From contig OX597836.1 of NCBI GenBank assembly GCA_951406725.2, positions 12,400,001-12,464,000 of the forward strand: a stretch of DNA of 64,000 nt. The letters are read 5' to 3'. The stretch is from Octopus vulgaris. Its lineage: Eukaryota. The notes under the pieces are model-generated. The model worked only from the letters and a program-made list of their open reading frames with translations. It made no database searches and was not told the DNA's origin. Both the position numbers and the translations under genes were made by a program. Positions 38,895 to 52,697 of the stretch are shown here, one piece after another (position 1 is the stretch's first letter; each line of letters begins with the position of its first letter).

Positions 38895-39621
38895 GTCTGT
38901 CTGTCTGTCTGCCTATCTATCCACTCATCCATCCATCTGTTTATTCATTTGTCCATCTATCTGTCTATCTAAATTGATTTCTGTATCTCTAACAGATTTC
39001 ATCATAGTTTATTTTGGAATTAACAGGAGTGGTGGTCTGGTCTGGCATAGCTTGGTGTAGTGCAGTTTTTTTGGTTCTTTTTTATGCTAGGGTGGAGTAG
39101 ATCAATCATTTTTTGTTTATTTTTTCTCCCTCCCCTCTGTTATAGGGTCTTTTTCTAATGCTTTTTTTTTTCACTTAAAAAGCATTTTTCTTCATATTGC
39201 CTTACTACAAAAATAGTTTAGCAGAATTATTATTGTTGTCATTGTTATCATGTTTTTTTTTATTTTTGTCTTCAATTCCTAAGTTTTTCTTTATTTCTTT
39301 AGTTTAAAAAAACTTCAAAAAAGTAAATCATGAAATTTAATTTTCTCATGTCTAAAGACAGTCTAAATAAAGACATTATATTATCAATTCATATGAATTA
39401 ATTAATTAATACACACCAATTGGTTTTATTCATTATTCTTTAATATTTTATGTATACACACAAATATATCCACACACACACACACACACACACACATAGA
39501 AAGGTAGCAAGGTGGATAAACACAGTTTGATGTGCTACACATATTTACATAGAGCACAAAAGGTACAGAAAAAGGTAAAAAAAATATATATATATATACA
39601 GAAATTATGAAATATGTCCTC

Positions 39622-39815
39622 AACAGCTGTTTCAGTAAGCCAAGACTTATGTAATTACCATTATTTACTGTCGATACATGCATAAACCCATAGGTATGCA
39701 ACAGGTGACCAATCAGATGAAGTTATTACAGTAAGTTACTTTGAGAGACTTGATGCCTTTATCAACTATAAATTATGGCTATTACATAAATCTTGTCTTC
39801 TTGAAACAGCTGTTC
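39622..39815. repeat. Inverted pair of PLE-terminus-like sequences
   Basis: AACAGCTGTTTCAGTAAGCCAAGACTTATGTAAT versus ATTACATAAATCTTGTCTTCTTGAAACAGCTGTT. Confidence 0.6.
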
Positions 39816-40619
39816 AGATAAGGCAGTATATAATTTTGATATACTTTTTTTCTATATTTGTTTTCTGTATTTTTTTATGATGCATGTAAATACACTTGAA
39901 GCCTAATTGCATTTGTGTACGTTTCTTTCTGCCTCCATATTAGCTTGATTTCAAATACTTTTATCACCACTCTGGATGCCATGGGCCTTGGCCTAGATGA
40001 AGAAGTTGACACACAGCTACTATAACTTCTACTACACTGGACCTTAAATAATGGTCTTCCGCCAATATGTTGCACATAGAATTTTGAAATTTTATGTATG
40101 GAAACTGTAAAGAAGCTTTCATCTTCCTCTTTGTATATATACATATATATATATATATATACTCACAAACATATATATATATATATATATAATGTATGTG
40201 TATAGACTGCATACTTGTACAAAATACAAACATGTTCATGTCTATATACATGTGTGCACATAAGCACATGCATGTGCATACAAGAGATTATTTATATGCA
40301 CATAACACAGCTGCACACTTACACGTGCAAGCACATGCATACGTAGTTTATACACACACAATCGTATACAGTTGTAAGACACTCTATATGTTTATGTTCT
40401 CTATCTAAATGAAATGGATTTTTTTTTTCGGATGATGCCAAACGTTTTGTATTCTCATTTCTGTTTTAATCCATATAATCATGTATATATGTGTGTGTGT
40501 TGTGTTTGTATGTATATATGTGTGTATATATATATATATGTATGTGTGTGTGTATATATATGTGTGTGTGTGTATGTATATATGTGTGTGTATATATATG
40601 TGTGTATGTATGTATATAT

Positions 40620-40660
<41 letters not shown>

Positions 40661-41456
40661 TATATGTATGTATATATGTATATATATATGTATGTATATA
40701 TGTATGTATATATATATATATATGTATGTATATATATTATATGTATGTATATGTATATATGTATGTATATCTGTGTGTATATATATATATGTGTATATAT
40801 ATGTATGTGTATGTATGTCTATATGTGCATGTATATATATGTGTATATATATGTATATATATATATATATATACATGTATATATGTATGTGTATATATAT
40901 ATATACATATATATGTTCACACACACTCTCTTTTTCTTTCTCTCTCATTCTCTCATTGGCAATTTCTTGTGTAACATTTGGACAGATTATATAGGATTTA
41001 AGATAGGAAATCTTGCCAGGAAGTTTTGCAACATGGTAATTACTGATAAAAACTCTTCGGCAAGGTACCATGCAAGCTGTTAATAACTTTAGAGGCATAA
41101 TACTACTTTACTCCTTAACTCTTTAATAAATGGATCCTGTCTACGGCTAAGCACACTGTGTTAATGGCACGAAGCTCTGTGTTGCACTTAGCTTTTATTG
41201 GCTTATCACCAGTCACTGGAGCATAAGATATTACACACTGCACTGCTTACCTTGTTAAGATGTGTATCTCTGTGTGTGTGCAGTATATAGAAAGATAGAG
41301 GTAAATGCTTATATATATATATGTATATGTATATATTTTAGCATCTGTGTATTGAGTGTGAAGGCATGTGGCCCAGTGGCCCAGCTAGGTCGTGAGTTCA
41401 GTTCCTTCATTGGGCAGTGCATTGTGTTCTTGAGCAAGACACTTCATTTTACGTTA

Positions 41457-41481
41457 TTCCGAGTTCGATTCCATGCAGCGA

Positions 41482-41520
<39 letters not shown>

Positions 41521-41985
41521 TCATCATCATCATCATCATCATTTAACGTCCGCTTTCCATGCTAGCATGGGTTGGACGGTTCAACTGGGGTCTGGGGAGC
41601 CCGAAGGCTGCACCAGGCCCAGTCTGATCTGGCAGTGTTTCTACAGCTGTATGCCCTTCCTAACGCCAACCACTCCAAGAGTGTAGTGGGTGATTTTATG
41701 TGCCACCGACACAGGTGCCAGACGAGGCTGGCGAACGGCCACGCTCGGATGGTGTTTTTTATGTGCCACCGACACACAATAATAATAACAATAACATCAA
41801 AAAATACATTAGGAAAGAGAACCCAGGTTCGAAATTTCCCCCAAGACACCTGAAGAAGGCTGGAGGTTATATCAGCTGAAACGTTGTGTCAACAACAAAC
41901 GAGATGAGGACAAATATCCGTCGAATGTAAATAATGTAAATAATGTAAATAATGTACAATTCCTCATCTCTTAAACATAGAACTG
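41457..41985 (+). mobile_element. tRNA-head/hammerhead SINE, copy 1 (5'-truncated, interrupted by family C at 41520-41775)
   Basis: GAGTTCGATTCC B box, (AAT)n linker, body homologous to 55540-55720. Confidence 0.75.
41845..41890 (+). ncRNA. Minimal type I hammerhead ribozyme
   Basis: GACAC-CTGAAGA-A-GGCTG-loop-CAGCT-GAAAC-GTT-GTGTC: perfect 5-bp stem I, palindromic ACGT stem III. Confidence 0.75.
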
Positions 41986-42160
41986 TATATTTATACATAT
42001 TACCATTTTGTTTAGTCATAGCAATATTACTAACCAGTCGTTATAACTCATTGCTCATATACTTAATATACTTAATAGTAAAGCATCAAGTGAGTGCAGA
42101 GCGTAATATTGATTAATGAATGACAAAAGAACTGGAATTACATTATCACCTTCAATACCT

Positions 42161-42364
42161 TACTCTTTTACTTGTTTCAGTCATTTGACTGCGGCCATGC
42201 TGGAGCACCGCCTTTAATCGAGCAACTCGACCCCGGGACTTATTCTTTTGCAAGCCCAGTACTTATTCTATCGGTCTCTTTTGCCGAACCGCTAAGTGAC
42301 GGGAACATAAACACACCAGCATCGGTTGTCAAGCAATGCTAGGGGGACAAACACAGACACACAA

Positions 42365-42429
<65 letters not shown>

Positions 42430-42593
42430 TACAATGGGCTTCTTTCAGTTTCCGCCTACCAAATCCACTCACAAGGCTTTGGTCGGCCCGAGGCTATAAT
42501 AGAAGACACTTGCCCAAGGTGCCACGCAGTGGGACTGAACCCGGAACCATGTGGTTGGTAAACTAGCTACTTACCACACAGCCACTCCTGCAC
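42161..42593 (-). mobile_element. Full-length family A SINE
   Basis: Near-identical to 19150-19570. Confidence 0.9.
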
Positions 42594-42619
42594 CTTACTG
42601 CTAATTTATATATGTATAT

Positions 42620-43220
42620 ATATTCCTCACTATATAGCGGTTCACCTGTCACTGTTTATTATCTAAGCTTACTTCGGTTCCTCTGTGTTGTTGCTTTACA
42701 TTTATGTTAAAATAAGGCTGTGTGGTAAGTAGCTTGCTTACCAACCACATGGTTCGGTCCCACTGCGTGGCACCTTGGGCAAGTGTCTTCTACTATAGCC
42801 TCGAGCCGACCAAAGCCTTGTGATTGGATTTAGTAGACGGAAACTGAAAGAAGCCCGTCGTATATATGTATATGTATGTGTGTGTATGTGTGTTTGTGTG
42901 TCTGTGTTTGTTCCCCCAACATCACTTGGCAACCGATGCTGGTGTGTTTATGTCCCCGTAACTTAGCAGTTCGGCAAAAGAGACCGATAGAATAAGTACT
43001 AGGCTTACAAAGACTAAGTCCCAGGATCAATTTGCTTGACTAAAAACATGCCCCAGCATGGCCACAGTCACATGACTGAAACAAGTAAAAGAGTATATAC
43101 AAAATTATAAAAATAATAAAAAATATATACTATACAGTACTGTTTCTAGTTCACGGATTTTCACCTTTCGCGGTGGGGTTTCCGTACATAACACCCACGA
43201 TGGCCTAAAGATTACTGTAC
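42620..43220 (+). mobile_element. Tigger/pogo-like MITE interrupted by a family A SINE (42716-43093)
   Basis: Homologous to 43228-43452; ends GATTACTGTA. Confidence 0.7.
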
Positions 43221-43227
43221 ATACATA

Positions 43228-43452
43228 CTGTAATCTCTCGCCATATCGCAGCTCACCTGTCGTGGTTTATTATTTAAGCCTACATCAATTCCTCTGTGGT
43301 GTTGTTTTGAATTTATGATAAAATAAATACGTACAAATTATGAAAATAATAAAGAAAAATATATAATACTGTACTGCTTCTACTTAACGGATTTCCACCT
43401 ACCGCAGTGAGGTTTTGGAACATAACACCAATGATAGCCAAAGGATTACTCT
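43228..43452 (+). mobile_element. Tigger/pogo-like MITE
   Basis: CTGTAATCTCTCGCCATATCGC ... GATAGCCAAAGGATTACTC imperfect TIRs with TA flanks. Confidence 0.7.
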
Positions 43453-43817
43453 ATATATACATATATATATATATACATACATACATATATATATACATAC
43501 ATACATATATATATATATATGTATATATATATGTATGTATGTATATATGTATGTATGTATATATATATGTATGTATGTATATATATATGTATGTATGTAT
43601 ATATATATGTATGTATGTATATATATATGTATGTATGTATGTATATATATATGTATGTATGTATATATATATGTATGTATGTATATATATATGTATGTAT
43701 ATATATATGTATGTATATATATATATATATATATGTATGTATATATATATAGATATATATGTATGTATATATATATAGATATATATGTATGTATATATAT
43801 ATAGATATATATGTATG

Positions 43818-43848
<31 letters not shown>

Positions 43849-43937
43849 ATATATATAGATATATATGTATGTATATATATATAGATATATATGTATGTAT
43901 ATATAGATATATATGTATGTATATATATATATAGATA

Positions 43938-43973
<36 letters not shown>

Positions 43974-43985
43974 TACACACACGCA

Positions 43986-44198
43986 CAGTAATCCCTTGCC
44001 ATATCATGGTTCATTATTTAACCTTGCGTCAATCCCTCCGTGGTGTTGGTTTGCATTTACAATAAAATAACATATATACAAATTATAAAAATAATAAAGA
44101 AAAATATGCAGTCCAGTGCTGTTTCTACTTTATGGATTTTCACCTGCTGCAGCGGGGTTTATGGAAGAGAACACCTGCGATAGTCGAGGGATTACTGC
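43986..44198 (+). mobile_element. Tigger/pogo-like MITE
   Basis: CAGTAATCCCT ... AGGGATTACTG TIRs. Confidence 0.75.
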
Positions 44199-44533
44199 AT
44201 GGCTGATATAGAAAACAATACACTCGGCGCCGAGTGATTTCCACATGCATTTATACACACACATGCACTTGTGTATACTGACGGTGGTTGCTCAGCCATA
44301 GATCAGTCTTGAATAACCAGATATGTTACATAAAGCATTCCAGCTGTGGCAATCACTTCTTTTTTTTTTTTAAGAAGATAAAGTGTGATGTGAGTGAAAT
44401 TTTGGTGGCTCTTACTAGCACCATGACTGACCACTTAAGAGCCGAGCCCCCTTCATTGGCTTGACATAAAAGGACGGCAATTTTTATTGGTGCTACATTT
44501 AGGAATGGTACTGTGTTTTTTTAATGCTAACAT

Positions 44534-44565
<32 letters not shown>

Positions 44566-44815
44566 AATGTTAATGACAATGCGAATGGTGGCAGTGGTAG
44601 AGATGGTGTTACAATGGTATTATTTGGAAAGCACTGGAAGTTTTCAGAAATTTTTTTGTTTTTTTAATGAAGGTATTCCATATTCTACATGAAGAATGGT
44701 GTGCTGAAATCCACACTTGCACACACACACATGCACACACACATATATATGCCTTATAGATACACATGTATGTGCGAACACGCCACATGTACAAACATAT
44801 ACTCAGCCCCACAAA

Positions 44816-44857
<42 letters not shown>

Positions 44858-45140
44858 TACACACACACACACACACATACACACACACACACACACACAA
44901 ATGCATTTACACTCACACCCACATGAAATACCATTAGTATATAAATACATACACTTATGCAGAGAAATTTACCTACACACAGATTTATGCATACACACAC
45001 ACATACACACACTCACACGTACACATGCATTTACATATAACACACATACACACACACACACACAAACACACACACAGGCATGTGCAGAAAAACCTTCACC
45101 TTAATTTTATATATATATGCTTAAGCACACACATGCACAC

Positions 45141-45172
<32 letters not shown>

Positions 45173-45579
45173 GTACACAATACGTACTCATACATATGTA
45201 TACAGAAACACACATACACACACACACATGTACACACGTGCACTATAAGCTGCAACGGTTCCTAACTGCGAATATGTCAAGAATTAAAGGAAGCTGCACT
45301 TATTAATGCAAATCAGCTACAGTGTAAAAAGAAAGAGGATTAATAAGAATTCATTGTCTTCGTTTTTGTTTTTCTATGTTTTTTGCTTTTTATTGAATTT
45401 TTTTTTTTTTTTTTACCGTTTTTAATTCCATTCTAATCCTCAAAGAAGCAGCAGCAGACGATTGTCAAAAGAAGGTACCGATAATCTGCTGCGCTTCTTC
45501 TCGTTTGTAAGCTTCTGCGTCATTGTTCAACCTTTGCTATTTCTCTCTCTTCCCCTCTCTCTGTATTTGTATATCTATC

Positions 45580-45617
<38 letters not shown>

Positions 45618-46089
45618 TTTATATATATATTTATTTATATATATATACATATATATATATTTACCTCTCTCTCTCTCCTTCTCACAAATTTGTTCCAAGA
45701 AACTTCTCCTCACCAACACTATACCACCTGCGTTTCTTTCATTGCTCGTTGAAACAATATTTTTCAAAAAAATGTTTCTTGGATCAACTCATGGCTATGG
45801 AAAAAGACATCTTGCAATAGGATTGAACCCAGACCCTCATGCTACATATCTACATATACACACATACACGTCAACAGAATACACAGCAGCCCTGCCTGAA
45901 GCAAAGCATGGGTAAGCTTGGGTTCTTAGGGGGAGACTCAACTCCTGAATTCATATGGGACTATAAAAATCTGCAAGACCTTCATAAGATTTAAATCGGG
46001 ATAATTAAAACAAGACACTTTCCTTTACAACTTTCCTATCAAGGAGGTGACCAGTCAAAACTAAATTAAAAAGAGTTTAAGAAGGAACA

Positions 46090-46170
46090 TCTATTATATA
46101 AAATCCGTTCTGTCTGTTTGTGTGTGTGTCTTCTTGGATCTCGGACATCCTCCATCCGAATGCGCTCAAT
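46090..46170 (+). mobile_element. Possible Helitron 5' end fragment
   Basis: A^TCTATTATATAAAATCC..CTGTCTG, similar in style to 8110; no 3' CTAG hairpin found. Confidence 0.4.
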
Positions 46171-47163
46171 ACCATGTATGCCATAAGGTCTACAAATTTA
46201 ACAGAAGCCTCAAAAGACATTTTAACCATCACTGACAAATTATTTTATCCAATGGCTATCAGCAGTTGTTGTTGTTGTGTGTGTGTGTGTGTGTGTGTCT
46301 TTGTGTTTGTATGAATAAACCTTCCTCCAACTGCTTGACGATCGGTGTTGGTTTGTTTACATCCCTGTAATGTAGCAATTCTATAAGCAGACCAGTGGAA
46401 CAAGTACCAAACTTCAAAAAGGATAAAAAAAAAAAAAAAAAAAACCACACACAAGTCCTGGGATCAGAAGTCAATTTGTTTGACTTAAGAACCCTTCAAG
46501 GTACTGCCCCAGCCTGGCCACAGTCCAATGTCTGAAACTAGTAAAAGATAACAGATAAGAAATATCCATGTTTAATTTTCTTCTTTTCTTCTTTTCTTGC
46601 CAGTCTCTTCATCTTGAGATAATCATCCTTATGTTTTCCATTTGATTTTTCTCCCCCCCACCCCGCCCACCGTGTGCGCCTGTCTGTTGCCCTCAATTAC
46701 CAGATTATTTCAATTTTTATTTGATTTACTTCCTTAATTCTTAACTAAATAAACACTCTCCACCCAACATATCTGTCTCGTAAAGGTAACGGCACCATGG
46801 ACACTCTTTGAATGCGCCCACCCAGTCACCGAGCCACCCACCCTTGGCATAAAGTCAAAACAATCACAGCCCTGTCTAATAGTTTAAATATTTCATCTTT
46901 GAAAAACACGTATTTATCTACACACACCCCTTTTCCACCCCCCTCTCTTTCTCTCCCTCCCCGTGTCTCTCTCTCTCTCACTCCCCCAATCATATCTTGT
47001 TTTTAGGAATATTTGTGTTTGTATGTATCTGTTTGTACCTTTCTATTTATCTGTATATATGTTATATATATTTATATATATGCATGTATATAAATATTTG
47101 TATGTATATGTATGTATTTATACTTATGTATATATAATATGCATATGTATGTATTTGTAAATA

Positions 47164-47206
<43 letters not shown>

Positions 47207-47211
47207 ATATA

Positions 47212-47428
47212 AGGTGGCGAGCTGGCAGAAAGGTTAGCATGCCGGAGGAAATGTGTAGCCATATTTCGTCTGTCGTTACATTCCAAGTTCAAATTCCTCT
47301 GAGGTCAACTTTGCCTTTCATCCTTTTGGGGTCGATAAATTAAGTACCAGTTACGCACTGGGGTCGATGTAATCGACTTAATCCCTTTGTCTGTCCTTGT
47401 TTGTCCCCTTGTTTGGGTAGTAAAGAAA
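47212..47428 (+). mobile_element. Family B SINE, full length
   Basis: Complete head, central motif and tail. Confidence 0.9.
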
Positions 47429-47637
47429 TATATATATGTATTTATAAATTTCTATGTATGTATGTATTATATATATGTATGTTTATATATAATCTGTATA
47501 TATGTATGTGTGTATGTATATTTCTGTATATATGCGTGTATGTATATTTCTGTATATCTCAGTGTGTGTATGTGACCGTGTGTATCATTGGCGATTTTCT
47601 TTCTCTGTCTTCCCTTCTTTGGATCTTTCCCTTTCCT

Positions 47638-47675
47638 ATGTTTCTGACAAAGAGCTCCGCTTGAAACGTTAAACC
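47638..47675 (+). ncRNA. Minimal hammerhead motif (core variant CTGACAA) within a repeat at 47565-47775
   Basis: GTTT-CTGACAA-A-GAGC-TCC-GCTT-GAAAC-GTT-AAAC: stem I GTTT/AAAC. Confidence 0.55.
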
Positions 47676-47828
47676 CTCCTTCTTCCCTTCCTTTCCTGAG
47701 CATCCAATAACACTATACTTGTTCCACATCCTTGCGTTGTTGTTTTCTCTTTGTTCATGTTTGGATTAACTTTATGTATATATATATATATATATATATC
47801 AATCATCATCATATATATATATAAAATA

Positions 47829-48048
47829 GGCGGCGAGCTGGCAGAAACATTAGCACGCCGGGCGAAATTCGTAGCCGTATTTCGTCTGTCGTTGCGTTCC
47901 AAGTTCAAATTCCGCCGAGGTCGACTTTGCCTTTCATCCTTTCGGGGTCGATAAATTAAGTACCAGTTACGCACTGGGGTCGATGTAATCGACTTAACCC
48001 CTTTGTCTGTCCCCTCTGTGTTTAGCCCCTTGTGGGTAGTAAAGAAAT
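47829..48048 (+). mobile_element. Family B SINE, full length
   Basis: Near-consensus copy. Confidence 0.9.
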
Positions 48049-48064
48049 ATATATATATATAAAA

Positions 48065-48310
48065 TAAAAGACGCTCCACATCTCTGTCGAACCTCATCTG
48101 GATGCTAAAACCGAAGGGAATGGAATACATAACCCCATTGGTCCATTATAAAAAATGCTGCACCTTATAATGGGACTTCACTAGTATATGCAACATATGC
48201 CTTGAAGAAACCCTGGAAATAATCACATCCAGGGAAAACATGATAAATAGCCACTCTGAGATGGTCATATCAGGTAAGCATAGGAGCAAAATATCATTCA
48301 CGGAATTTGA
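48065..48310 (+). mobile_element. Penelope-like element GIY-YIG C-terminal fragment
   Basis: STSLSNLIWMLK...WSIIKNAAPYNG...ICNICLEETLEII...MINSHSEMVISGKH, with frameshifts. Confidence 0.75.
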
Positions 48311-48359
48311 AAAAAATATTCTGAAAATCAATAATAAATTATAGAATAGTGAAGGAAGT

Positions 48360-48762
48360 GGCACAGGAGTGGCTGTGTGGTAAGTAGCTTGCTAACCAAC
48401 CGCATGGTTCTGGGTTCAGTCCCACTGCGTGGCATCTTGGGCAAGTGTCTTCTGCTATAGCCCCCGGGCCGACCAATGCCTTGTGAGTGGATTTGGTAGA
48501 CGGAAACTGAAAGAAGCCTAATGTATATATGTATATATATATATGTATGTGTGTGTCTGTGTTTGTCCCCCCTAGCATTGCTTGACAACCGATGCTGGTG
48601 TGTTTACGTCCCCATCATTTAGCGGTTCAGCAAAAGAGACCGATAGAATAAGTACTGGGCTTACAAAAGAATAAGTCCCGGGGTCGATGTGCTCGACTAA
48701 AGGCGGTGCTCCAGCATGGCCGCAGTCAAATGACTGAAACAAGTAAAAAGAGAGTAAAGAGT
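48360..48762 (+). mobile_element. Full-length family A SINE
   Basis: Complete head to tail. Confidence 0.9.
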
Positions 48763-48789
48763 AACCCAAATAAACAAACGAAAATACCA

Positions 48790-48828
<39 letters not shown>

Positions 48829-49068
48829 AATTATTGTATGCAGTGCTCAGGTGCACCACAACTTGTCAAAAGTGTGTATAAAGCATATGCAGTAATGTAC
48901 AAATGTCTGGGAAGTGAACAGTGTATGAGTCAGATACATGCTTGCGTGTGTATGGAGGAGAGAAAAGCAGGTGTAGTGTTGGCGAATCTCAGGAAGCATG
49001 GAAGTTTTGAAGGATGCAGTGCTCCGACAACTAACAACTGATGCCGGCAGTTTGTTCCATACTTCAGA
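48790..49068 (-). mobile_element. CR1-like LINE 3' end (second family), (TTA)n tail
   Basis: WNKLPASVVSCRSTASFK; paralog at 51942-52290. Confidence 0.85.
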
Positions 49069-49179
49069 TGATACACACTTTAATATCAGAAACAGTGAAA
49101 AAGTCGCCGTAAAAGGGGTGGAATTAATCAGTTGGGTCAACAAACCTCACTGTATAGCAGCTGACTACCTGTTGGGTTC

Positions 49180-49372
49180 AGACCCGTGCTGGTGGCACGA
49201 AAAAAGCACCCACTCGGAGTGGTTGGCATTAGGAAGGGCATCCAGCTGTAGAAACACTGCCGGATCAGACTGGAGCCTGGTGCAGCCTCTTGGCTTGCCA
49301 GTCTCGAGTCAAACCATCCGACCCATGCCGGCATGGAAAAACGGACGTTAAATGATGATGTTGATGATGATG
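49180..49372 (+). mobile_element. Family C element
   Basis: Family C motif and tail. Confidence 0.85.
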
Positions 49373-49404
<32 letters not shown>

Positions 49405-50200
49405 TGTCTGAGCTTGTGACTATCTTATCTGCTTTTCTGTTTTCTCCGTCACTTTTTTCTCTCTCTCTCTCTCTCTCACACACTCTTTCTCACTCTCTCT
49501 CACTCTTTCTCTCTCTCTTTCACTCTCTCTGAAATCTTTTACCTCCTTCTCTCACTTATCGCTTTGCTCCATCATTTACTAGAAGTTCTTAACACCTCTC
49601 CCTCCTTCTCTTTCTCCCCCCTCTCCCTGCCACCCACCCCCCATCATCACATCCCACCCACCACTAAACTTCACAAGCTTCGCCACACCCACAACAACAA
49701 ACAACATCAACAAACGATGTCTAAAAGATATTAAGATGCATAGATCCCACGATAAGATTCCACTCCAAGATGCGACCACCACCACCAACTTTGATGATTA
49801 TCTTTCCCCTGCATCTCGCAAATTGCCAATGTTTATATATCAATAACATGATGGAAAATGCTGTGAATTTCACAAAATTATAAATGCAAAAAAAAAAGAA
49901 AAATGGAGAAAAAAACATTAAAAAATTTTTTTTTTTTAAATTTGAAGTCTTTCTACAGACTTAGTAGTGTGTGTGTATTTGTGTATGTACGTACATATGT
50001 GTCCATATATGTTTGTTTGTAAGTATATATATCACACAAGCGTGTGATATATGCATATATATATATATATATATATATATACATGCACATTAACAACATG
50101 CGTGTGTCTCACACTCATCTGTCTGTTCATCTCTCTATCATACATACACACATATATATATACATATACATACATATATATATACATATATATATATGCA

Positions 50201-50245
<45 letters not shown>

Positions 50246-50246
50246 A

Positions 50247-50287
<41 letters not shown>

Positions 50288-51019
50288 ATATATGCTTGCA
50301 TACATACACGCAGATACATATAAATATGCATATATACATACACACTCATATATATACACACACACACATACACATACACAAGAGTTAAGAAATGGAGTGT
50401 GTGTGTGTATGAATATATATACCCATACACACACAAACATACATACATACATACACACACATAGAGAGGATATAGATATACTTGTATATGCGTGTGAACA
50501 TACATCCGTGTGTGTGTGTGTGTGTGTACACCTATCTGTCTCTTTCTTTCCCTGTCCCTACATGAATACAGATAGACAGACAGATAATCTATCTCGCCCT
50601 TCCTCCTCCTCCTCCCCCACCCTTTTTACTTCCCCCTCTGCACCCCCACCCTTACCCCCAGCCCCACCCCCACTGGATTAGTTTCCCTTTCAATTTCCTG
50701 AATAGTATTTTAATCAGTTTCCGGTATGTTTGATAAACTAATTAAAATTATTTATTAGTTATTTTTGAATTCACTACACACTGCATAATATACACATAAA
50801 TATAGGGTGGGTACGTGTGTGTGTGTATGTGTCTGTCGATTTTATATATACTGTGTGGTGGTGGTGGTGGTGGTGAGTGTGTTGTTTTCAGTCATTGTTT
50901 GTTATTTTTAGCCCAAGGTTAGGCTTCATCAAACAGGCTAAGGATCAAAGGCATTCCAGACATGACTGTCTTGTTATTTTGGGTTTCTTATTCCAATCAG
51001 ATCTTGCCCATATTCTTCT

Positions 51020-51510
51020 TATCATTATTATCATTTTTATTGAGTGAAGGAGCAGCGCATGCCATCAAAGTGACGCTGGGGTACAAATACATGAAGCCCA
51101 GTAAACCCATCATGACTACCCGTCTGATAAGGGTACACCAGGCCCATGCATCACAACAATATGTGCATGACATGGTGATTTCATATCAAGATAAACAGCT
51201 CATGACCTTATGGGTGGGGCCCGGTTAGAATTTTCTTCAGGTTGAGTAGAACCATCCCGCTCAAAAGGTCCCTGAATAAGGATTGTTTAAGGATGTCGGA
51301 CAAAACACCCATGGTGAATTATTCAAACTCCAAAGAATCCCTCTCAACACATGGCTATGATGCCCCACCTGCTACTTCTGCTGGTGATCAGAGATGCACA
51401 TATCCTCAGCCACCAAGGGATATGCTCCATGCTCGATTAATTAAAGTCAACAACAGACAAGCAAATCTGTGGCATTGAGCAGAATATTTGCTATAGCCCA
51501 TCTTTTATAT
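51020..51510 (-). mobile_element. Probable non-LTR retroelement 3' fragment, unclassified
   Basis: GC-richer segment ending in a short (TGA/TAA) tail on the minus strand; family not identified. Confidence 0.4.
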
Positions 51511-51941
51511 CCTTTCCTACTCTAGGTACAAGGCCCGAAATTTTGGGAGTAGGGGTCAGTCGGTTAGATCGACCCCTGTACACAACTATTACTTAATTTA
51601 TCAACCCCGAAAGAATGACGGGCTTCTTTCAGTTTCCATCTACCAAATCCACTCACAAGGTTTTGGTCAGCCTGAGTCTATAATAGAAGACACTTGCCCA
51701 TGGTGCCACGCAGTGGGACTGAACCCGGAACTATGTGGTTCATAAGCAAACCACTCCCCACCCACACATACACTCAATCTCTCAACACACTCACACAACT
51801 CGATTCCATACACATTGTGGGTATTGTATTTCACTCCAAAGGCCTGTGCATCTCAGGCTGAAGCAGAAGATACTTGCTCTTTCAAGTACCACTCAGCAGG
51901 ATTGAAACCCCATCTACACGTGTGTGTATGCGCATGTGTGC

Positions 51942-51972
<31 letters not shown>

Positions 51973-52290
51973 TGAAATTATTGTATACAGTGCTCAGGTG
52001 CACCACAACTTGTCAGAAAGTGCATATAAAGCATATGCAGTAATGTACAAATGTCTGGGAAGTGAACAGTGTATGAGTCAGATACATGCTTGTGTGTGTA
52101 TGGAGGGGAGAAAATCAGGTGTAGTGTTGGTGAATCTCAGAAAGCATGGAAGTTTTGAAGGATGCAGTGCTCCGACAACTAACAACTGATGCCGGCAGTC
52201 TGTTTGTTCCATGCTTCAGCAACTCATTTTTTCAGCGTGAAAAAATGTTTCCTAAAGTCATGGGAGCTGTGCTGTTTTCTGACTTTGGTG
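51942..52290 (-). mobile_element. CR1-like LINE 3' end
   Basis: Homologous to 48790-49068; extends upstream to KVRKQHSSHDFRKHFF. Confidence 0.85.
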
Positions 52291-52697
52291 TGTGTTGATC
52301 AGCTTGAAGCTCTGCTGTAAGACTCTTGTTGAAGACAAATGCACAACGGTACCAAACCAGGAACCACAAGACTGAAAAAACAACTTCTTAACCGTTCTGC
52401 CACGAACCGAATTTAGTCAAGCACCGAAAGACAAATATGTTTGAATAGCAAAGAATTAAAAATTAATTTCGATAGACATGTGAGGTGCCAATTTAAAAGA
52501 GATTTAAAGTTAATCGAATGCTTCGTTAAAAATTAATTTTAATTGTATACGTTTTTTTTTTTTCATTTATTTTTGAGCTGCAAATGTGTGCAGGGTGGGG
52601 TGGGGGTACTGTGGTGGTGGTGGTGGTGGTGGTGAGGAGGCGGGGTACTATGGCATGACTCAGCCCAACGAGGCTTCTTTAAAAAATAGACATACTT

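Noticed and set aside
40414-44014. Long YI/CV/HT-rich ORFs here and throughout the window
   Set aside because: Translations of (TA)n/(CA)n microsatellites
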